In this document: in pieces, positions 5,799 to 12,348 of the stretch
Numbering within the stretch: the first letter of the stretch is position 1
Layout of the letters: every line of letters starts with the position of its first letter
NCBI GenBank assembly: GCA_945861645.1
Contig: CAMAVZ010000052.1
Location: 1-12,348 of the forward strand
Source of the DNA: Opitutus sp. GAS368
GTDB lineage: Bacteria; Verrucomicrobiota; Verrucomicrobiia; Opitutales; Opitutaceae
DNA: 12,348 bases
Reading direction: 5' to 3'
The notes under the pieces: model-generated
The model's input: only the letters and a program-made list of their open reading frames with translations
What the model was told of the DNA's origin: nothing
The model's database searches: none
Translations under genes and position numbers: made by a program

Positions 5799-7430
5799 AT
5801 GCAACGCGCGCTTATCATTCTTGCGCTCGGCCTGACGCTGGGCCTGCCCTTTTATTTACGTCCGCCGCAAGTTATCGCACCGCGCGTGGCGCAGACGCTG
5901 GTGGTGATCACGCCGCACAATGAAGCCATTCGGGCCGAATATTCGCGGGGGTTCCGCGATTGGTATTTTGCGCGCACCGGCCAGCATGTGGCGATCGATT
6001 GGCGGGTGATCGGCGGGACGTCCGAAATCACCCGCTTCATTGAGTCAGAATATTTGGCGTCATTTCAGCGCTATTGGACCCAGCAATTAGGTCGCCCCTG
6101 GAGTATGACGGTTCAGGGCGCATTTGCTAATCCTGCGTGGCAACCGATAGGTCCGGCGGCGGCGGTGGAAGCGATCGAGTTGACTGCCCGCCGCGCTTTT
6201 CTGGATTCTTCGGTGAGCTGTGGGATCGATGTTTTTTTTGGCGGCGGCCCATTTGATTTTATCCGACAAGCCGCGGCGGGTCGGCTGATCGATTCGGGAT
6301 TGAAGCAGCAGCATCCGGAGTGGTTTCAAGATGACGTGATTCCCGCTACGTTTACGGGCGAAGCCTATTGGGATCCGGCCGGGCTATGGGTCGGCAGTGT
6401 CTTGAGCAGTTATGGCATGATCTATAATCGCGATGCCTATGCGCGTCTCGGTATCGCGGCAGAACCTCGTTCGTGGGAGGATTTACAGGATCCCAAGTTG
6501 CAAGGCGAAGTGGCGTTATGTGATCCGACCAAGAGCAGTTCGATCGCCAAGGCTTTTGAGAATATTATCCAGCAGCAAATCCAGCGGCGCTGGGAGCAAT
6601 TAGCGGCCGACTCCCCTCGTGATCGGGCGAGTTGGGAGAGTCAGGCGGTGGCGGAAGGCTGGGTTAACGGGCTGCGTTTAGTGCAGCGCATTGGCGCGAA
6701 CGCGCGGTACTTTACCGACACTTCGCAAAAGCCGCCGATCGATGTCATTCAGGGGAATTCTGCCGTCGGCTTGTGTATCGATTTTTATGGTCGCGGGAGT
6801 TATCTCGCGACGGCGCGGCGCGTGAATGGGGCGGCCGAGCGGGTTGGTTATTTTTCCCCACCCGACGGGACGGTGTTATCAGCTGATCCCCTTGCGGTAT
6901 TGCGCGGCGCGCCTCATTTCTCGGTGGCGCAGGCTTTCATGGAATATGTGCTGTCAATGGATGGGCAGAAATTGTGGAATTTTAAAGTCGGGACACCTGG
7001 CGGGCCGGAGCGCTATGAATTGCGCCGCTTGCCGATTCGCCGAGATTTTTATCGAGCAGAATTTGCGGCCGCACGCACAGATCCAAGTGTGAATCCATAT
7101 GCAGCGACCAATCCCCTGATCTATCATCCGGCGTGGACGGGTGGGATCTTCGCGGAAATGGCTTTCGTGATTCGCGTGATGTGCCAAGACACCCATCCCG
7201 AGCTCGTTGCGGCTTGGCGGGAGATTATTAAAGCGGGTCTCCCGCCGGCGGCGATCGCGGTCATGAGCGATATGACCAGCGTGAGCTATGCCGAAATGCA
7301 GGGGCGCATTAAGCAGGCCTTGAGCGCTAAAGATAAAGTCGAAGCCGTGCGGCTGGCCCGCGAGTTGGCGGGTGTTTTTCGGGAGCAATACCGGCAAGCT
7401 GCCGCGCTCGCGCGGGCGACCCCGCGTTGA
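5799..7430 (+). CDS. ABC transporter substrate-binding protein (Fe3+/AfuA-like family), N-terminally anchored
   Basis: Hydrophobic N-terminus, followed by DVFFGGG, GMIYN, PRSWEDL, DPTKSSS and AQAFMEYVLSMDGQK motifs typical of class II periplasmic binding proteins. Starts 11 bp after the ATPase. Confidence 0.85.
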   Translation: MQRALIILALGLTLGLPFYLRPPQVIAPRVAQTLVVITPHNEAIRAEYSRGFRDWYFARTGQHVAIDWRVIGGTSEITRFIESEYLASFQRYWTQQLGRPWSMTVQGAFANPAWQPIGPAAAVEAIELTARRAFLDSSVSCGIDVFFGGGPFDFIRQAAAGRLIDSGLKQQHPEWFQDDVIPATFTGEAYWDPAGLWVGSVLSSYGMIYNRDAYARLGIAAEPRSWEDLQDPKLQGEVALCDPTKSSSIAKAFENIIQQQIQRRWEQLAADSPRDRASWESQAVAEGWVNGLRLVQRIGANARYFTDTSQKPPIDVIQGNSAVGLCIDFYGRGSYLATARRVNGAAERVGYFSPPDGTVLSADPLAVLRGAPHFSVAQAFMEYVLSMDGQKLWNFKVGTPGGPERYELRRLPIRRDFYRAEFAAARTDPSVNPYAATNPLIYHPAWTGGIFAEMAFVIRVMCQDTHPELVAAWREIIKAGLPPAAIAVMSDMTSVSYAEMQGRIKQALSAKDKVEAVRLARELAGVFREQYRQAAALARATPR

Positions 7431-7445
7431 GTCTAGCGGCGGCGC

Positions 7446-8105
7446 TTACAGCGCGGCGATCGTCGCGGCGTAGGCCGCTTTATCATTAGACTTAAAAAAT
7501 GAGGTACCCGCTACAAAGGTGTCCGCGCCGGCCGCACGACACTCCGCGGCTGAGCTCAATTCAATGCCGCCATCCACTTCGAGCCGAAAATTGAGCCCAC
7601 GTTCGCGCCGCCATTGGTCAATTTGCTGAAGCTTCGGCAGCATATCGCGCCGAAAGGGCTGCCCACCGAAACCGGGCTGAACCGTCATGACGAGCACAAG
7701 GTCAACTTGGTCGAGGAGCGCCTCAATCGCCGTGGCGGGAGTCCCAGGGTTCAGCACGATGCCACCTTGGCAGCCGAGTGCGCGAATGGTGCGCAAAGCG
7801 GCGCGGTGATCGTAAGTGGGTTCAATGTGAATACTAATTAAGTTCGCGCCGGCCCGCGCGAAAGCCGCGAGGTAATGTTGCGGTTCAGCGAGCATCAAGT
7901 GGGTATCAAAAAATAATGTTGAGCCGGCTCGGCGGAGGGCCGCCAGCGTTTCGGGACCGAAGGTTAAGTTCGGGACAAAATGCCCGTCCATAATATCGCA
8001 ATGCAGCCAGCTTGCTCCGCATGCGGCCACAGTGTGAACGCTCGTCGCGAGCTGCGCATGGTCACCAGCTAACAAGGAAGGGGCGAGAAGGGACGGGTGC
8101 CGCAT
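7446..8105 (-). CDS. rpe: Ribulose-phosphate 3-epimerase
   Basis: APSLL, LHCDIMDGHFVPNLTFG, DTHLM, VMTVQPGFGGQ and EVDGG motifs. Confidence 0.97.
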   Translation of the reverse strand: MRHPSLLAPSLLAGDHAQLATSVHTVAACGASWLHCDIMDGHFVPNLTFGPETLAALRRAGSTLFFDTHLMLAEPQHYLAAFARAGANLISIHIEPTYDHRAALRTIRALGCQGGIVLNPGTPATAIEALLDQVDLVLVMTVQPGFGGQPFRRDMLPKLQQIDQWRRERGLNFRLEVDGGIELSSAAECRAAGADTFVAGTSFFKSNDKAAYAATIAAL

Positions 8106-8253
8106 GGAATTGAGAATGATCTAGGAGCCAGATGAGGTTGGGCTCAATCCTTGATTCGTAATTTCAAGGAGCACGGATGCGCTGACCGTATGGCCAGATT
8201 AGCTGTGGCCCCCGTTGGCGGCAGGCCAGCCAGACACCAGCGCGCCGCGGCGA

Positions 8254-8823
8254 TTACCACGTATCCAACACGGCATGCACACTAGCCTCCGCGAGCTGTT
8301 CCGCCAGTAAGGTCAGGGCTTGATGCTCGGAGGCAACGAGACCGCTGTCGGTGAATACCCCCCGTTTCGCGCTGAGCGGTCGGCGGGTGAAATAAGCCTG
8401 CTGGGTCCGGTTGTCGGTCAAGGTGGCGGTAGCTTGCAGGGTGACATCGAAGCGTCGGGCGAGCCCGGTATCGTCGCTGCGGGCGACGGCGGCCGCGCGA
8501 TGGTAATCGGCGAGGGTGAGGTGTAAGCTGGCTTCGGCGGTATCGGCGGAGTCAGTTAAGGTGACGCGGCCATCGCGGATAAAGGCGGCGCGTAATTGCG
8601 TGGTGAGTAAAACTTGCGCTTGTGGCAGTGACACCGAGCTCGTGACGGGGGCGATGAAAAGTGAGGCGAATTTTGTCTTAGGCTCAGGGCCTAACTGGTA
8701 ATGAGCACAACCAGTCCCACTGCTTAATCCGAGGCCTAAGCCAATCGCGCTGAGTAGCGTGAGCAAGCCGAGGCGGGCATAGTGGAAAGATCGCCGCGCC
8801 AGAAAATTTATTCTGCACAACAT
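8254..8823 (-). CDS. lptE: LPS-assembly lipoprotein LptE family protein
   Basis: Hydrophobic signal ending GTG-C (lipobox-like) followed by AHYQLG, and a C-terminal helix EHQALTLLAEQLAEASVHAVLDTW. Lies downstream of bamD. Start is uncertain (ATG 8823 or 8871). Confidence 0.7.
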   Translation of the reverse strand: MLCRINFLARRSFHYARLGLLTLLSAIGLGLGLSSGTGCAHYQLGPEPKTKFASLFIAPVTSSVSLPQAQVLLTTQLRAAFIRDGRVTLTDSADTAEASLHLTLADYHRAAAVARSDDTGLARRFDVTLQATATLTDNRTQQAYFTRRPLSAKRGVFTDSGLVASEHQALTLLAEQLAEASVHAVLDTW

Positions 8824-8857
8824 AACAGAAGTGGGGGCCGGCGCCACGCCGATCAGC

Positions 8858-9940
8858 TTAAAAAATCCCAAAACGCTTTTTCTTCGCGGCCGCCGGGGCG
8901 GCTGGCTGAGGGCTCACCGAGGCGTTACCGCTTTGCCGTTGCAGCACCCCATCGATCACGGCGAGTTTAGTGCGGGCCTCTGCCGCTACCTCCGAATCCG
9001 GATAGACCGTGATGGCCTCGTTATAAAAGACCTTCGCCGCTTGGTAGTTTTTGCGATATTTATAATAATATTCGCCCATGGTCAATTTGCTGCGGGCGAA
9101 TACTTGTTTCATGTTAGCTAGCCCTTTCTCCGCCGTGGCCATGCCGCCGATATCACTCGGGAAAAGGATCATGTAGTCCTCATAGTAAGTGATCGCATCT
9201 TTGGTGGCCGCTTGGTCGTAATAGGGGCCGTCGACAAGGGAGGCGTGGGTTTCCGCGATCCGCAAATAAGCGTCGGGCGTAAGCGCGCTGCGGGGATAAG
9301 TGTTGATCATGCGGTCTAAAGCATCGATCGCCGCTTCTTCTTCGCTAATTTTCTTGTAGCCGCGCGCGGCATTCATCAGCGCGAGTGGGGCGTAATCGCT
9401 GTATGGAGCGGTGCGGACCATAATCTCAAAATACTCGATGGACTTCTCCCGATTGCGGAAGCCAGGAAACATACCCCAGATGCGGCTGCGTTGACCTTCC
9501 GCAAGGAGGGAGGCGATGCGATATTGCTCACCGATTACCTGGGTGAATTTTTCAGAATTCGGGTAACGGCCCAACATACTCTGATAGGTATCGAATGCTT
9601 TGTAATATTGCTGACGCTTTTGATAAATCAGGCCGGTGTGATAAAGCGCTTCGGCGGCAAAAATGGAATTGGGGTATTTTTTAGTTACCACCGTGTAGGC
9701 TTTGAGGGCCGCCGAGCCCTGGCCGGCTTCTTCAGCGGCGCGGGCCTTGTTCATGAAATCAAGCGCGTTCCGACCTTCGTCACTCCCGAGACCTGCCAGT
9801 ACACCGCCCTCGGCGTGCCAGCCTCTTTGGGGCGTCCAGATCAGGTCGGCCGTCAGCCGAGTCGGGCTAATAAGCAGCGGGGTGAGCGCAGCAAAAATGA
9901 AGGTAAGAGAGAGGCGACGCATAAAACGAATAGTTACCAT
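8858..9940 (-). CDS. bamD: Outer membrane assembly factor BamD-like TPR protein
   Basis: Signal-like N-terminus, repeated TPR units ending YPNS/PYSD/YPRS/FPSD/YPDS, and BamD-type YDQAATKDAI and LTMGEYY segments. An alternative start is ATG 9922. Confidence 0.8.
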   Translation of the reverse strand: MVTIRFMRRLSLTFIFAALTPLLISPTRLTADLIWTPQRGWHAEGGVLAGLGSDEGRNALDFMNKARAAEEAGQGSAALKAYTVVTKKYPNSIFAAEALYHTGLIYQKRQQYYKAFDTYQSMLGRYPNSEKFTQVIGEQYRIASLLAEGQRSRIWGMFPGFRNREKSIEYFEIMVRTAPYSDYAPLALMNAARGYKKISEEEAAIDALDRMINTYPRSALTPDAYLRIAETHASLVDGPYYDQAATKDAITYYEDYMILFPSDIGGMATAEKGLANMKQVFARSKLTMGEYYYKYRKNYQAAKVFYNEAITVYPDSEVAAEARTKLAVIDGVLQRQSGNASVSPQPAAPAAAKKKRFGIF

Positions 9941-10920
9941 CGAATAAGAGTGGAGCCGTAGGTCAAGCCAGCGCCAAAGGCCACCAGCAAGGTATAATCA
10001 CCGGGTTTAATTTTCCCGGCGCGGCGGGCTTCATCCAGCGCGATCGGGATGGTGGCGGCGGAGGTGTTGCCGTAGCGGTCGAGATTGATGTAAAATCGTT
10101 CCAAGGGCAGGCCCAGGTTGCTGGCCAGGGCCTCGATAATGCGGATATTGGCCTGATGAGGGATCACGAGATTGATTTGGTCAAGCGTGAGGTGATGTTG
10201 TTCCACCATTTCGCGGGCCACTTTCTCCATGACGCGGACCGCGTGTTTAAACACTTCTTTGCCCTTCATGCGCAAAAAATGATCTTTATTAGCAATCGTT
10301 TGCGGGGAGGTGGGGCAGCGACTGCCACCCGCTGGCATGTACAGCAGTTCCCGCATCGCTCCATCAGCGCCGAGATCAGAACCAATAATGCCGATGCCCG
10401 GTTGCTCGACCTTCTTCAAAACGGCGGCGCCGGCCCCGTCACCAAATAGCACGCAGGTGGTGCGGTCCGACCAGTCAATGATCGAGGAGAGCTTTTCCGA
10501 TCCAACGATCAGCGCGCATTTATAGCGGCCGGTTAGCAACTGGCCGTAAGCGATCTCCAGGGCATACAGAAATCCGCTGCACGCCGCGGAGATGTCAAAG
10601 CAGGTAGCGTGCGGTAAAACTCCCAGTTGATGCTGGACGACGCAGGCCGTGGAGGGGAGGAGATAGTCTGGGGTGCAGGTGGCGACAATCAGGAGGTCGA
10701 TTTCTTCGGCCTTGATCCCGGCATCGAGGAGGGCGGCCTGGGCGGATTTAATGGCCATGTCCGAAGTGGCTTCATCGTCTGCCGCAATATGGCGCTCCTT
10801 AATACCGGAGCGGCTCACAATCCATTCATCGGACGTATCCACGAGTTTCGCGAGATCCTCGTTGGTGAGAATTTTCGTAGGGGTATAGGAGCCAACGCCG
10901 GCAACGATAACTGAGGCCAT
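9934..10920 (-). CDS. fabH: 3-oxoacyl-ACP synthase III
   Basis: Catalytic triad motifs AACSGF, PHQAN and YGNTSAA, plus LFGDGAGA and AFGAGLT. Confidence 0.97.
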   Translation of the reverse strand: MASVIVAGVGSYTPTKILTNEDLAKLVDTSDEWIVSRSGIKERHIAADDEATSDMAIKSAQAALLDAGIKAEEIDLLIVATCTPDYLLPSTACVVQHQLGVLPHATCFDISAACSGFLYALEIAYGQLLTGRYKCALIVGSEKLSSIIDWSDRTTCVLFGDGAGAAVLKKVEQPGIGIIGSDLGADGAMRELLYMPAGGSRCPTSPQTIANKDHFLRMKGKEVFKHAVRVMEKVAREMVEQHHLTLDQINLVIPHQANIRIIEALASNLGLPLERFYINLDRYGNTSAATIPIALDEARRAGKIKPGDYTLLVAFGAGLTYGSTLIRW

Positions 10921-10928
10921 AGAGAAAA

Positions 10929-11999
10929 TTAAGTGACCGTGGGGTCGGGTGAAGGCGCGGCGATGAGGGTGTTGGCGCGAGCGACATCGGCTTCGATGCG
11001 GCGATAAAGATCGTGTTGCAGGATTTTACTCGCGGCCCGAATGGCGCTGGCCCAAGCGTGCCGGTTGCTGGAACCGTGGGCCTTCAAGATGTTACCCTGC
11101 ACTCCCAGCAGGGGAGCCCCGCCGTAACGGTCGGGGTTGAGGCGATCTTTGAGCGCGTTGAAAGCACCTTTCGCCAGCACATAACCGGCGATGCGCAGAG
11201 GCGTCCGTTTCATTTCTTCCGCCAAAATATTTTTGATAAACTTAGCCATCGATTCCCACGACTTCAGCAGAGCATTGCCCACAAAACCATCGCAGACGAC
11301 CACATCAACATGGTCACGGAAAAGCTGAAACCCCTCCACCGGACCCACGTAATTAATGATACCATTAATTTTCTTAAGCAACTCATGCGCTTCATTGGTG
11401 AGCGGCGTGCCTTTGCCCTCTTCGGTGCCAAGGGTCAGCAAGCCCACGCGTGGCGCCGGGGTACCCAACACGGTGTGGGCGTAATGAGATCCCATGATCG
11501 CATTGTGCATCAAGTGCACGGCTTCGGCAGTGGGATTAGCGCCGGCATCGATCAGAATGAATGAGCCGCCTGCACGCGGAATAGCGGGAGCCAGCGACGG
11601 ACGCTCCACGCCGGGCATGGCGCCGACGATTAGCTTACTTCCGGCCATGAGCGCCCCGGTGTTACCCGAGCTGACGAGGACGCTCGCGCGCCCTTCTTTG
11701 ATTAGGTTAAAACCCACCACCATCGATGAATCTTTTTTGCGAATAATCGCCCGGAGGGGCTTATCCGTCATGGTGATGACCTCGGAGGCGTGGCAGACGG
11801 ACAACTTAGCATGTCCGCTCAGACCAGCTTGCAGCAGCAGCGGCTCCAAGATCGCCTGATCTCCCACCAGTATGAGAGGAGCAATGTCGGCGTCCGCGGC
11901 TAGCGCTAACTTGACGGCTTCGACTACTTCGGCCGGACCGAGATCTCCCCCCATTGCGTCGACCGCAATGCGCGCTTGGGCTACTGCGGGACTGACCAT
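10929..11999 (-). CDS. plsX: Phosphate acyltransferase PlsX
   Basis: IAVDAMGGD, KKDSSM, SGNTGA, DAGAN, VVVCDGFVGN, YGGAPLLG and KAHGSS motifs. Lies between rpmF and fabH. Confidence 0.97.
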   Translation of the reverse strand: MVSPAVAQARIAVDAMGGDLGPAEVVEAVKLALAADADIAPLILVGDQAILEPLLLQAGLSGHAKLSVCHASEVITMTDKPLRAIIRKKDSSMVVGFNLIKEGRASVLVSSGNTGALMAGSKLIVGAMPGVERPSLAPAIPRAGGSFILIDAGANPTAEAVHLMHNAIMGSHYAHTVLGTPAPRVGLLTLGTEEGKGTPLTNEAHELLKKINGIINYVGPVEGFQLFRDHVDVVVCDGFVGNALLKSWESMAKFIKNILAEEMKRTPLRIAGYVLAKGAFNALKDRLNPDRYGGAPLLGVQGNILKAHGSSNRHAWASAIRAASKILQHDLYRRIEADVARANTLIAAPSPDPTVT

Positions 12000-12034
12000 T
12001 TCGGGGTGGATGGGGAAAACTATCCGGTCAGACC

Positions 12035-12211
12035 TTAAACCTCAACGTCGAGCACTTGGCGGCCGCGATAAATGCCGGTCTTGGGATTTACACGGTGGGG
12101 GCGAAAGGCGCCACCATCGGTGTCTTTAGCAAATTCAGGTGCGATGAAAGCGTTGGCGGCGCGGCGATTAGCGCTGCGGCGCTTGGATTGTTTGCGTTTC
12201 GGGTTAGCCAT
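12035..12211 (-). CDS. rpmF: 50S ribosomal protein L32 (58 aa, below the ORF-track length cutoff)
   Basis: Manual translation gives MANPKRKQSKRRSANRRAANAFIAPEFAKDTDGGAFRPHRVNPKTGIYRGRQVLDVEV*. Canonical position upstream of plsX. Confidence 0.95.
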   Translation of the reverse strand: MANPKRKQSKRRSANRRAANAFIAPEFAKDTDGGAFRPHRVNPKTGIYRGRQVLDVEV

Positions 12212-12276
12212 AGGAAGTAGAAGTTGTCGCAGTTGGTCGGTTAAAACCAGCGCAGATTTGTGATATAAAGACGAGG

Positions 12277-12305
12277 GTCGTAAGGTTCGCCGTTGTAACC
12301 GTCAA
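12277..12305 (-). promoter_or_regulatory. Candidate sigma70 promoter for the rpmF-plsX-fabH operon
   Basis: On the minus strand, TTGACG-17 nt-TACGAC ends 65 nt upstream of the rpmF ATG. Confidence 0.4.
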
Positions 12306-12348
12306 GAGTTATAGTCGGCAGGCTAAATTGGGCTCAAAGCAGGTAAAG

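Noticed and set aside
4085-12263. Numerous 60-183-aa ORFs overlapping hpt, the ABC genes, rpe, lptE, bamD, fabH, plsX and rpmF
   Set aside because: Expected antisense or alternative-frame ORFs in GC-rich coding DNA.
12212-12348. Possible yceD (DUF177) 3' end upstream of rpmF
   Set aside because: No recognisable coding frame in the 137 bp available, so it cannot be assessed.

Overview
The window has two parts. Positions 1-3892 are the right end of an integrative element inserted at the 3' end of a tRNA-Ser(GCT) gene (3893-3982, minus strand). All element genes are on the minus strand, in the order tyrosine integrase, 201-aa lysine-rich orphan, excisionase-like HTH, and a >=540-aa primase-helicase that the ORF track missed because it runs off the window. 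Manual translation of that last gene shows a BT4734/VirE_N-type primase-polymerase domain, a PriCT-2 domain and a P-loop. It is interrupted about 30 codons in by a +1 frameshift in a G8 tract, and its ribosome-binding site is complementary to the leader upstream of the excisionase. The layout resembles a phage satellite (PICI/P4-like). Positions 3983-12348 are ordinary housekeeping DNA: hpt, an ABC ATPase plus solute-binding protein with no adjacent permease, and the minus-strand cluster rpmF-plsX-fabH-bamD-lptE-rpe. The host looks like Verrucomicrobiota (Opitutales-like), which is an inference from protein style only.
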